A stretch of DNA of 64,000 bases from Octopus sinensis (lineage: Eukaryota), in assembly GCF_006345805.1 (NCBI RefSeq), contig NC_043001.1:42470001-42534000 (forward strand). Reading direction: 5' to 3'. Shown here piece by piece: positions 1-12,480 of the stretch (position 1 is its first letter; each line of letters starts with the position of its first letter). Position numbers and translations under genes: made by a program. A model generated the notes under the pieces. It was not told the origin of the DNA and ran no database searches. It worked only from the letters and a program-made list of their open reading frames with translations.

Positions 1-977
1 TTTCCTTTCTAAAAAATGTAAAAAATCATACTTATGTTTGGTAGTTTTTCTGCATTATCAGCTGATGCACTAATAAATAAATTGGAGTTATTTGTCAACT
101 TGCCAAATATACTACTTCAAGTCTCATTCACCTACTTGTTGACTTATTTACACAATGCTAAATTTCACTAGTTTCATATTTTGGTTTTCTCTATCTCTGA
201 ATGAGATTGCTTTTAGATTTTTAGGCTTTGTGCCCAACTTCAGACCTTTTTCTCAGCTTTCAGTTTTCACATTTCAAAAATGTGAGCAACAATTCTGTAT
301 TTTTGATTAGGTTATGGTCTTAATATGATTATCTCTTCAATGGGTAGGAATTGAAATAACGAGTTGTTTATATTGATTCTTCCCTTCAGGAACTATTAAG
401 ACTGATTGACTTGTAGAATTAGCCTGTGAAGAACTGCTATGCATTTACTCTAAATTTCATCTCAGCATAAATTATGCTGGCTCTTCAAAGAAATTATTTT
501 TGCTGTCAAAAAGGAAAAAATAAAATATTTGACCTTCAGAGCTAGTTACTATATACATTTTAACTTGCATTATGAGCTACTATAAAGAATTAAACTTCTT
601 TTTTCTAGAATTTCACTGAAAATGGAATTTAATTAACATGTCTAACATAATTGTTTATATAAATCCTGGCCTTTATATTTTGCACACTTGTATTGAAAAT
701 ATAGTGAAAATATTTCAATATTTTGAAATATAATCTAAATAAATTACTCTGTAAGTTCATTGTTATTATTGTTCTGGCATTTCTGATACCATTTTCTTTG
801 TAATTCTAGATACACGTGAATGAACACTTTCTTTCAATTTCTCTACTTTAGTGAAGGTTAATATCTTGATTGATATTTCAGAAATGCCATTAAAAATGTC
901 TTCCAGAAATATCCCAAATTCTAAAGAGATTTTTTGATTTTATTTATTTACATATATATATTCTTTTATTGTTTTCC

Positions 978-1392
978 TTGTTTCAGTCACCATGCTGGGG
1001 CACTGCCTTCAAGGGTTTTTGTCAAACGAATCAACCCCAATACTCTTTTTTTTTTTCTTAAGCCTGGTACTTATTCTATTGGTGTTTTTTTATCAAACTG
1101 CTAAGTTATGGTATGTAAACACACCCAACACCAGTTGTCAAGCAATGGCAAGGGACAGACACACACACACACACACATATCTTTTATCTTTTACTTGTTT
1201 CAGTCATTAGATTATGGCCATGCTGGGGCACAATGGGCCTCTTTCAGTTTCCATCTACCAAATCCTCTTTCAAGGCTTTGGTCAGCCCAAGGTTATATTA
1301 GAAGACAGTTGCTCAAGGTATCACGCAGTGGGACTGAACGTGGAGCTATGTGATTGGGAAGCAAGTTTCTTACAACCCAGCCACACCTACAG
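978..1392 (-). mobile_element. tRNA-derived SINE (family S1, CORE-like)
   Basis: Homologous to 5296-5705. tRNA-like head with B-box-like segment and internal (CA)n. Confidence 0.8.
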
Positions 1393-1550
1393 ACACAGAA
1401 ATACAAGCAACAGCTTTTTTCAGTTTCTAAGTATAGTAGAAAGCACCTGCTTGAGGTGACATGCAGTGGGACTGATCTACAGAGCTATGTCTGCACTTAT
1501 ATATGTATGTAGCGGAAACTATCAACTACTTACATATGCATGTATGTATA

Positions 1551-1604
<54 letters not shown>

Positions 1605-1884
1605 GGCAAAATGCGAGCATGGAAAGTAATATTCTTAAGATTATAAATCTGGAAAAGTACAGGACAAGTATCTCTTTCTCTCTTTCTTTTTTATATATAT
1701 ATATATATATATAATAAAATAAAAAATAAAACTAGCATTCATAAAATTATACAAATTTCACATTTGATATTACTGAAGAGAAAAAGAGTTATTTATAAAT
1801 GCTTATCAATACAGGATTCCATTATTCCATATTATCTAAGTACATGAACTATATTTGGAATACAAGACAATATAACAGATTTTA

Positions 1885-2193
1885 CGGTGGCACATAAAAA
1901 CACCATCCGAGCGTGGCCGTCTGCCAGCCTCGTCTGGCACCTGTGTCGGTGGCACATAAAAAACACCATCCGAGCGTGGCCGTTTGCCAGCCTCGTCTGG
2001 CACCTGTGTCGGTGGCACATAAAATCACCCACTACACTCTCGGAGTGGTTGGCGTTAGGAAGGGCATCCAGCTGTAGAAACACTGCCAGATCTGACTGGA
2101 CTGGTGCAGCTTTCGGGCTCCCCAGACCTCAGTTGAACCGTCCAACCCATGCTAGCATGGAAAGCGGACGTTAAATGATGATGATGATGATGA
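1885..2193 (+). mobile_element. RTE family A 3' end (60-nt repeat units + (GAT)n tail)
   Basis: Nearly identical to 30150-30487. The same 3' end is joined to RT coding sequence in the 51607-52860 copy. Confidence 0.85.
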
Positions 2194-2670
2194 ATATTAT
2201 GGATTATTACAGAATACTACCCAAGGAAATATATATGGATTTAAAGACTCATCAAAAGCAGTAATTTTTAATTTATATTTCAAACAAACACCATTTTATA
2301 GTATTACTTCATATTTTTAAGAAACTACCATTCAATATGTTATACAAAATTCAACTTTTATATCTCTGAAGAGCAGAAGAGTTGTCTATAAATGCTTATC
2401 AATATAGGATTTCATTATATGGACAGCACTTCTGTGAAACAATTGTAAGATGCTTTAAAAACTTAATTCAAAACTTTTAAACTGTCATATACATTATATA
2501 TTTATACTTATACATATTTACATATATTTTTATACATATTTATAATTTTAATACAACAATTATTTTACACATGTGTATATCTTTCTGAAGAATGTTCTAA
2601 TATTGATTTCCTGATATTAATAATATAAAAATATATATATATACACACCTATATATATATTATATATATT

Positions 2671-2706
<36 letters not shown>

Positions 2707-3957
2707 TACACACACACACTCTCTCTCTCTCTCTCTCTGCTGAATAGCCACCTGCTGTGCAGTTTCCTGCTAGCCAATTGATATTTTCAGATTGGATTCC
2801 CAATTGTAATAATTTTTAGGATTTTTTATGTCTAGTTATTTCTTTGTATAATAGTGCTCACTTACTTAGTATATATTACTTTCATTATATAATCAGTCAT
2901 AATCTCTCTTTTTTAAACAAACATCACGGTAGTCTTGCAACTGAGGGAGAAGCAGTGTGTCAAATTTTACCTTCCCCTGAAGGCAACATAGAGGTTCCTA
3001 TTCAGCAGACCATCTTTAAGCTTTGCAGTGTGTGTATGTGTGAGAGTGGGGAACCATTGTAAACAATGAGTGAAATGAAAAAATCGCATAAATAAAAGGG
3101 CATAACTACAGATGTATATTCTCCCAATTGTGTTTCCTCGGAACATCCAGAAAAATAGATCCTTTGTAACAAAATTTTCTACGAATACCATTTAGATCAG
3201 GGATAGAGAAACAGTTTGGTCGGCGGTCAAAAGTTTCCTAAGAAAATCTTCCATGGGCGGATCACAATTGCTAACTCTTATATGTGTGTAAATCTTGTAT
3301 ATATCGCTGTATAATATGATATACATTAATAAAGGTAAGTTTAACTCATTAAATTAATGCATAGCATCTTTATTAATGCTGCCACTGAATTTTGGATGTT
3401 TATATTACCTATGAGGTATTCTATACTTTTCAGCTAGTGTAGTTGGGTCTCAAGGAGGTGGTACAAACATAGCAATGTGTTTTATAGTGAAAACAAAGTT
3501 TCTATTCAAGTGGCAACTTTTGTTCGTGTCTGACCATTTTAAGTCCTAATGGAAACACGACCTTTGTTGCAAATAGGCATACAAATATTGTATAAATTTT
3601 ATGATTGAAAAGTTTACTATATTTTGTACATATGAGTATAACAACCTGCGGGCACTATAAAATGGGCTCGCGGGCACAATTGTGCCCACAGGCAGGGGTT
3701 TCCAACCCGTTGGCTTAAATGCTGTGGCTTCAGAGTATATAGGGATTTATGGGAAATGATTTTTCCAAGGGTTAGGGAGAGGAGTTTCGGATTAGGAAGA
3801 TCAAAGAAGTTGGAACTAATCTGTTCAGACTGGGGTGGGGGGACCATCTTTATATGCAAAAAGTTTTTTAAATTCTTTTTTTACACCCCCTCCCTCATCA
3901 TCCCACTCTGGACCTATTTTGGCCAATTTTTGTTGTACTTGGTAAAAAAAAATATAT

Positions 3958-4548
3958 TAATATTTTCAGAGGGAAAAGTGAGTGATTTAAGGGAGATTTG
4001 GCTGTTGTTTCTAGCACATCCCAAGACAACCCTCCATGTTTCTTTAACACTCTCGCATGTATTGATGTTTTTCAATATTTTGCTCCCCATAAATACATTT
4101 AATGCTAAAGAAAAGAAAATTTGAAAAATTACGAATTTTTCGCAACCCCATTCCCTGCCCCGATTGTTTCTGTTTATAAATTAAAATATTGGAGAGCCTG
4201 AGAAGGTCATTGCTGGCATTTATTCACAATAAGTTATGTAAATGGTAATTCATTTTAATAGCATACTTTTCTGTTAGAAAATGTTTTTTCTTAAACACAC
4301 ACATGGCTTTGCTTGATTGAGGTAGGGGTAAAAATTTTGATTACAATTTGTTTTTCTTGCTTATATCCCACCAATGGACCATGTCTATGTTACTTCAGTA
4401 TCATCATTCTATAAAATGTGTTTAATGGGAGAAAAATATTGAAAAAACATCAATACATGTGAGAGTGAAAACAGAGGGTGGTTTGGGCTGTTGTAGAAAC
4501 AATAACCAAACCTCCCTTGAATTGTTCACCTTTTCCTCTGAAAATATT
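3958..4548. repeat. Degenerate fold-back/MITE-like element, arms of about 140 bp (3958-4101 / 4414-4548)
   Basis: The arms align as reverse complements at roughly 75-80% identity by eye. Confidence 0.7.
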
Positions 4549-4655
4549 TAGTTTTTTTGGGGTTTTTTTTTTTTACCATAAAGGCTCCTATGGTTTTTAA
4601 TTTAAACAAATTGCCAAAATCAGCCAATATACTGAGATCAAAGTTAGTTATGCAT

Positions 4656-4990
4656 TCATATTAGGCGTGTTCTGTATATTTCGATAAATAGATTTTCTTT
4701 ATTTAAATCTTGTACAGAAATTGTTTCTTTGCACTGGTAGATGACGAAAACTGTGAAGTTTGGTTGGATATTACTTGTACATCTCTCTGTGTTCACTTGA
4801 AGGAATCTGTCTATTGTGGTAAATGAATGTGTTCTTATGTTGTGTGGTTCTCTGTCTATGTGCCATATGTGTCTGTCTTGTTTAGTTATGTCCACAAATG
4901 AACAAGTTATAACATAAATTAGATTCTTGGAGGCACAAGTGAAGTTGCTTTTAATTATGAACCTCTCTCCTTCTTTGAATAGGAATTTCA
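4656..4990 (-). mobile_element. Penelope-like element, decayed GIY-YIG endonuclease C-terminus
   Basis: Translation IKSNFTCASKNLIYVITCS...QPNFTVF...NKENLFIEIYRTRLI follows the PLE endonuclease pattern (FTC-x-S-x-N-L/V-IY-x-I-x-C ... terminal P/R-L-N). The YIG segment is disrupted. Confidence 0.75.
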
Positions 4991-5015
4991 ACACACACAT
5001 GCATATATATATACA

Positions 5016-5222
5016 ATTGCAGCATGGAAGGTGTTTATAATCCATTTAAGAAACACACAAAAAACGTTAGATACACTTCAACTTTAAATTTAATTTGTCA
5101 AAATATTTTCGTCGCTTTGAGACCGCAACCTGTTTACTGACAAATTAAATTTAAAGTTGAAGTGTATCTAACGTTTTTTGTGTGCTTCTTAAATGGATTA
5201 TAAACACCTTCCACGCTGCAAT
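5016..5222. repeat. Inverted repeat with 85-bp arms (5016-5100 / 5138-5222) and a 37-nt spacer; probable Penelope pseudo-LTR inversion
   Basis: The arms are reverse complements with 2 mismatches on manual comparison. Confidence 0.9.
5095..5143 (-). ncRNA. Minimal type I hammerhead-ribozyme-like motif (G3:C8 variant, G5A in this copy)
   Basis: Minus strand reads UUGUCA-GUAAACA-G-GUUGC(ggucucaaa)GCGAC-GAAA-AUAU-U-U-UGACAA. Stem I, stem II, GAAA and a palindromic stem III are in type I order, next to a PLE remnant. Confidence 0.55.
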
Positions 5223-5295
5223 CGTTTTCGTTCTAGCACGTGATCTCAAATCATTCGCTTGCTATGCAAGTACATGTCCATAATATATATATATA

Positions 5296-5705
5296 CTCTT
5301 ACTCTTTACTCTTTTACTTGTTTCAGTCATTTGACTGCGGCCATGCTGGAGCATCGCCTTTTAGTCGAGCAAATCGACCCCGGGACTTATTCTTTGTAAG
5401 CCCAGTACTTATTCTATCAGTCTCTTTTGCCGAACCGCTAAGTGATGGGGACGTAAACACACCAGCATTGGTTGTCAAGCAATGCTAGGGGGACAAACAC
5501 AGACACACAAACACATACACACACATATATATACATATATACGACAGGCTTCTTTCAGTTTCTGTCTACCAAATTCACTCACAAGGCATTGGTCGGTCCG
5601 GGGCTATAGCAGAAGACACTTACCCAAGATGCCATGCAGTGGGACTGAACCCGGAACCATGTGGTTGGTTAGCTAGCTACTTACCACACAGCCACTCCTG
5701 TGCCT
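5296..5705 (-). mobile_element. Full-length tRNA-derived SINE (family S1, CORE-like)
   Basis: Minus strand: GGCTGTGTGGTAAG A-box-like, GGTTCAGTCCC B-box-like, CORE-like CTTGGGTAAGTGTCTT segment, internal microsatellite, A-rich tail. Confidence 0.85.
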
Positions 5706-5726
5706 ATATATATATATATATATATA

Positions 5727-5935
5727 ACGTGATGCATATATGCCATTTGAATATGGCTAACCCAAAAGGGTGGATGCTACTGTAGTTTGTAGCCCCAGGA
5801 AGACACCTCCTCCCGCTGGCTATAGACACACTATCTGTGTCCTGTCAGTATTTGTGAAGGGGAGTCATCCTCCCCGTCTTCAACACATGATACACACGTA
5901 CCCGAGTTTATAACTCGCTCTGAGATTTATCATTA
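5727..5935. repeat. Unclassified GC-rich structured element inserted in (TA)n
   Basis: Seven consecutive short inverted repeats, flanked on both sides by (TA)n. Confidence 0.6.
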
Positions 5936-7821
5936 TATATATATATATATATATATTACATTAAAAATTGATATTTATAGTCTTGTTGGTTTCTTTTTAA
6001 TTTGTCATTTCACATTTGGTTATCAGTTCACTTGTATTACTATTCAATCAGTAACAAGAAAAGTCTGTGACACCTTTAAAATGTTGGTTTGCTTTTGCAT
6101 CTTCTCTAAAATATACAAGTTTGTATGGAAGATGAATGCTATTACAGGTATTTAAGTAGGGTTCCCTGTTAAACATTTGTGGCATTCATTCATCTGTGTA
6201 TTTTTCTTTTGGGGTTTTTGTTGCTTGTAAAAGTATCTTCAGAGAAAGATTTCTAATCAACCACCAAAATGTAGATGTGTTGACAATGAACAAAAGATTG
6301 TCTTAAAATCATTTAAGGAACTAATATCTGAAACAATACTTGAAATTTAATTTTATTTATGGTATGGTCGTTTCTTTCCATTAGATAAAATTATCAAGCA
6401 GAAACGTGTGAAAAGAAATTGTATAAAATAATATTTTCAAGTATTTGCTACTACTACCATCAAAATCTGCACCCACAGCTCAAATATTTATTAGAACCCA
6501 CTTTACTCAGGCTCTAATAATTATGAAATAATTTACTTTGCTATGTAATTGACAGCAGCGTATAATTTTCACTGTTTCAATTCATAAAGCTGTTAACAGA
6601 TACTGCAAGCAGTTGGGCATTCTATAATTAACGAGTTTAATAATGTGCTGCACTCAGTTCAAATATTCTTTTGTGGATTGCAGAAGACAATAGAAAATCA
6701 CTTGTTTTCTTTACTATGCATCATCATTTTCCTTAATATTTAAAATCTGTTGGTCTTGATTACATGCTAGTCACCATGTTACCTTCAGATACTGTATTCT
6801 TGAACTGCTTTTTTATCACTTCAAACTTCTTGCGCATCTAACTAGATTTGAAAGCCTACAAGTGTTATTATATACACATAACATACTTTTGGATCATGTG
6901 ACACAGCCTTTTTATTTTTATCTTTAACCATGTCTCAGCCATTAAAAATCCAAAATCATTTTCTAGTCAATGAACATCTCTCTTTTCTACTTGCAGTTGA
7001 ATTAAATTTTACTAGTATTTATAAAATGCATTTTCTACCTTAACATAAAGACTTACTTGCAGTTCATTCCTCAAGTCTTTTTACTATCACATTCATTTAG
7101 TAAACAACAGTATTTATTCACCCTCTTTGGTCATAAACTTCACTGGAAAATGCTCATCACTAGAATAATTAAAAACAAATCAGGTGAAAGCTTCCTGCAA
7201 ATGAATTTGAGTGACTCTTGTAAACATGTACTATTAGACTCCTTTTGAATATACATATGAAGTATGACACCTAATTCCCAATGAAGTACAGAATTCTAAA
7301 TCACTAGAGTCAAAGAAATGTAGGCCATTTCATTAAATTGACTAAAATGTTGGGTCAAAAGTCTTTGGAAAGATATGCTTTGTCACACCAAAATATGTTT
7401 GAACATATCCTCTTGCTGACCTGGAATTTCAATTTGTCTATTGTGACATACAGATATACATTAGTAACTAATGTTCATTGAAATTTTTGTCCACTGGTAA
7501 TTGTCAACCATTTTAGAGAGATTTTATAAAAAGTTGCAAGATTTCAACTCCATTTAAGAGTGATTTTATGCTTTTTGCTTCTCCTGTCTTTCTTATTGTG
7601 ACTAATAGTATTTTTCTATCCATTTTATATCTTTTAATGTCTCATTGAACATTTCTGAAACCTTTTAATGAAATATTCATCCCATTAGAAGACTATACTA
7701 ATTGATTTTGTAAAGGATTTAGTTTTAATTAGATATTCTTTTAATTTTCATGAAAAATTTATTCTCATTGATGACAATTTCTATTTAGAAGTCAAGATTA
7801 ACAGTAATGTGTGTGTATGTG

Positions 7822-7856
<35 letters not shown>

Positions 7857-9845
7857 GGTAAACAGATTACAGTAAATTTATTATAGTACTGTCACCATAC
7901 CCTTTAAGATTGGTTAGCATTAATTTTTTTTTTTTTTTTACAGAAGGTCACTGGAAAAGAAAAATGTTATAATTAACATGGTGTCTATGTATCAGAAAAG
8001 GTCAAATTATGTTGTAATTAGGTAACATTAGAATGATTATTTTTGACAATAGAATAGTAACAAAACATCTTGACATTGTTCTGTAACTTATATACCATGT
8101 GACTTTTAATCAAATCTTTTGATTAAATCTTATTGTTATGACTAAACCCAAGTTGTTTAAGAAAATATATGAACGTAAATAAACTCTTCAGCTCATTAAA
8201 AGATTTTCTTTTTTCACTTATACCTTTTAATTTAAGGACATTTAGTCATATTTGGCATCAGTTCAACAGTAGAACTTAATATATTCATCCCATTTGTGAA
8301 CATTTTGTAAATTGTTTAGTTATACTAAAATTTGAGGATATCCTAAACAGGTTAGTACTTGTTTAATACATATAGTTGTATGTGATCATCCAACTTGTGA
8401 AAAATATACTTCTCAATTTGCACTGGTCACGGGCATGGCCCAGGATTAAAAAGTTTGCTTAGAATCACATGAGTCTAGGTTTGATCCCACTGTAATCTTT
8501 TGGACAACTATCTTCTCCCATAAGTTTAAATCAATCCAAGTCTTGTAAGGGAAAATATGTATATGCAATTTATGCAGAAACTTATTGAATGAACTGTACC
8601 ATTTCTTGAATGGTAGACATAATCCAGTGCCTAGTTTGACACCATCATCTTCAGCAAAGTCTAGTTTGCTACAAGAATTTGGACCAAGTCTCCTGCCTAA
8701 AGATAACCCATGAGTCTTGGTTCTTTTTTTTCCACTGACCTTAGAGCCCCCAAATGGTTGTAAATGTTGCCCTCACTCTTCTTGCTAAGTCAACTCCTTG
8801 CCTGCCAAAAAACTATCAGGTAATGATAAAAGATGTGAGGGTCATGACTAGGCTGTCTTTTGATGGTAGGTCTGTCCTGGCTGACCTGGGATAAACAACA
8901 TCATCATAAGGTTTGCTTTTTGTAATAGCATATTTTGATCGAATTTGTAGTATTGTATAGTTTCCTTTTTTTTTTTTCATTAGTAATTCTTCTGTTGTTT
9001 CATGCGGTCTCCATTTATATATTCATTATTGACCTACTATCAGCAAAATTCTTCAGTAGTTCATACATTATCTTAAACTGCCAGGGTTTAACCAGAATTA
9101 TCTGCATTTTTGTCAGACTTGGTTACCATCATATAATTTTTATTACACACCAAAGTTTTTATATTATCCAGTGCTTTAAATTACAAACTTCGCTTTTAAT
9201 TATTTTACATATACATTAACTTTCTTACTCATATTATAATACATTCAGCTATGTGCATTCTCCATTTGTTGAAAATATCCTTTTATTGTCCAACTTTCAC
9301 AACTATTTATCATCACACTTCCAATATTTGACTCATACAATTTACCTTTTTTGCAAAAAAATAGATCTTGTATTCTGTAAGAACCAAATGTTCTCAAGAC
9401 TTCTGGTTATAATAGGTTCTAACTACTTCACTATCCCTATTTCTAACTCTTATGCAAGAAACTCAAGAAAACTTATTTAATATTTCCAACTATAACTGCA
9501 TTTTTGCCAAGTTGTGCCTGATGCTATAGAGCTGTAGAAATCCCAACCATTAATTAAAACCATGAAATTTGTCAAAATTCTGTTAGTCTTGAATTTATTC
9601 TATCATAGAAATGAAGTTATTTGAATATCAGAGTGGTGGTGGGCTTCTATTTCTGAAGTCCACATTTAGTCCTTTTAATATACAATTAAAAAAGCCTGCA
9701 CAACCTAATAATCAAAACCTAACAACTTTCAAATGTCTTCAAATCAAATAAGCAATATGAATAATTTTTAGGAAAAACTTGCAGTTTTTTCATTAGAAAT
9801 ATGGCATCTGTTCTTAATTGAAACCTAGAATTCATGTGGTTTCTT

Positions 9846-9922
9846 TTCTGCTCTAGCCTAACTATTACCTTCATTTCTGCTCTAGCCTAACTATTACCTT
9901 CTGCTCTAGCCTAACATTACCC
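9846..9922. repeat. Short tandem triplication (25-29 nt unit)
   Basis: TTCTGCTCTAGCCTAAC(T)ATTACC three times. Confidence 0.85.
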
Positions 9923-10104
9923 ATTTCATTTGGTTTAGCAGTTTTAAAACTTACTCATGAAGCAGTTGATCAAGGTGGTAACTGGCTTATTAAAATAACA
10001 AATTAATGTAGAAGATTATATTGCTATTTTGGCAATTTTTTAAAGTATCTTATATTTTGGTTTCTTTTGAATTTAATGTATCAGGCTTGACCACTTTCCA
10101 TTGG

Positions 10105-10135
<31 letters not shown>

Positions 10136-10312
10136 GGCAGGAGTTTTTGTCAGGCACATAATCATACCATAATAGTCTTTGTTTACAGTTACTATTTTAA
10201 GATTTTATCAAAAACAAATAGCGTTTTGACTAATATTCCTTCTTAGGAATTTCTCAAGTCCTCTGGCATCTGACCTTTCTGAGATTCATCTAACGGAAAC
10301 CAATGGTTTCAT

Positions 10313-12480
10313 CATCACCATCACCATCATTTAACGTCTGTTGTCTATGCTGTCCATGGTTGGACAGTTTGACCAGGGCTGGTAAGCTAGAAGGCTGCAC
10401 CAGACTCCAGTCTGATTTGGTATGATTTTCTATGGCTGGATGCCCTTCCTGATGCCAACCACTCTGAGAGTGTAATGGGTGCTTTTACAAGCCATTTGCG
10501 TGACACCAGTATCTGTCACAACTGATTTTGCTTGGCTTGATGAGTCTTCTTCTCAAGCACAATTTAATACCAAAGGTCTTGGTCGTTGCCTCTGTGAAGC
10601 CCAACGCTCAAAAGGAACTCAGCCACTTTGCTTCCCTGAGGCCCAATGCTTGAAAGGAACTCAGCCACTTTACCTCTGTGAGGCCCAACGTTTGAAAGGA
10701 ACTCAGCCTCTTTGCCTCTGTGAAGGAACTCAGCCACTCTGTGAGGCCTAACGCTTGAAAGGAACTCAGCCACTTTGCCACCGTGAGGCCCAAAGCTTGA
10801 AAGGTACCAGTTATGTGACACCAACATTGGCCATGGCTATGATTTCACTTGGCTTGATGCGTCTTCTCAAGCACAGCATATCGCTGAAGGTCTCGGTCAC
10901 TAGTCATTGCCACTGTGAAGCTCAAAGTTTGAAGATCATGCTTCACTACCTCATCCCATGTCTTCCTGGGTCTACTTCTACCACAGGTTCCCTCCACAGA
11001 GATCAGCACTTCTTTACACAGCTGTACTCGTCCATACACATCACATGACTATACCAGCGCAGTCGTCTCTCTTGCACACCACATTTGATGCCTTTTCATC
11101 ATCATTTAACATCTGCTTTCCATGCTAGCATGGGTTGGACGATTTGACTGAGGTCTGGTGAACCAGACTCCAATCTGATCTGGCAGAGTTTCTACAGCTG
11201 GATGCCCTTCCTAACACCAACCACTCCGAGAGTGTAGTGGGTGCTTTTACGTGCCACCGGCACGAGGCCCAGTTTGGTGGTACTGGCAGTGGCCACATCC
11301 AAATGGTGCTTTTTACATGCCACCTGTACAGGAGCCAGTCCAGCGGCACTGGTGACGACCTCGCTTGAATGTTTCACATGCCACCAGCACAAGTGCTCTT
11401 TTCTCTCAAGATGCATGCACACTGACATTGCACATCCAGCAAAAAATACTGGCTTCATTTCTTTCAAACCTATACATATTCTCAGCTGTCACAGCCCATG
11501 TTTCACTGCCATGTAGCATAGCTGTTCACACACAAGCATCATATAATCTGCCTTTCACTCTGAGAAAGAGGCCTTTTGTTGCCAGCAGAGGTAGGAGCTC
11601 TCTGAACTTTGCCCAGCCTAATCTTATTCTCACAGCTACGCTTTCAGAGCATCCACCTTCACTACTATTTTGGTCACGTAAATAACGAAAGCTATCTACT
11701 ACCCCTAGCTTGCTCCCCTGGCAGTTGATACCTGTGCATCTTCCATATACAAAAGCTATTTTCCCTGTTAACCTTCCTCTGATATTGCTGCACCTTTTAT
11801 GTGTCCAAAGCTTACATCATATGGAGGAGTCTCTACCTACACCTTTTCTACAGATCAAGCAGGGCCATTTACCTGAAGGGATTCATGATTTGTCTGTCTT
11901 CCTAATTACTAAAACTTTGGTTTTTGCTAGGTTAATTCTAAGGCTCTTCGATTCTAGACCTTGCTTCCATACCTGGAACTTCTCTAGTTCTGGTTATGAT
12001 TCATCAATAAAAGCAAGGTTATTGGCATAGAGGAGCTCCCAGGGGCAGCCTGTCTTAAATTACTCTGTTATTGCCTGGAGGACTATGATGAACAAGAGGG
12101 GACTGAGCACCGATCCTTGGTGAACCCCTACTTGTACCCTGAATTCTTCACTGTACTCATTGCCAACCCTTACTAGTAGCATCCCTGTACATTGCTTGTA
12201 CAGCTCTCACCAACCACACTTCTATCCCTAGTTTCTGCTTTGACCACCAGATAAAGGATCAAAGTTTTTCTCCAAGTTAACAAAGGCCAAGTGCAGAGGT
12301 TTATCTTTGGCTATGTATTTATCCTACAATTGCCTTAGCAGAAATATAACATCAGTGGTGCTTCTCCCTGGCACAAAACCAAACTGCATCTCATCTAAGC
12401 TAACTCTCTCTCTCTAATTAGTTGGGTTATGACTCTCTCTCTGTAATTTTCATCACCTGATCCAACAATTTGATTTCCAT
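10313..12480 (-). mobile_element. Decayed RTE-A LINE (RT remnant + 3'UTR) with a younger RTE-A tail nested at about 11097-11392
   Basis: VEGTCGRSRPRKTWDEVVKHDL in ORF 10845-11039. RT homology resumes after 11395. (CAT)n tails at 10313 and 11097. Confidence 0.85.
10590..10810 (-). repeat. 42-nt minisatellite, about 5-6 units, inside an RTE 3'UTR
   Basis: Unit CCTCTGTGAGGCCCAACGCTTGAAAGGAACTCAGCCACTTTG. Confidence 0.9.

Noticed and set aside
7944-8021. Strong-looking acceptor (T16-ACAG) with a downstream GTAACA: possible cassette or poison exon
   Set aside because: There is an in-frame stop after 10 codons and no homology. Such motifs are frequent in AT-rich introns, and there is no transcript evidence.
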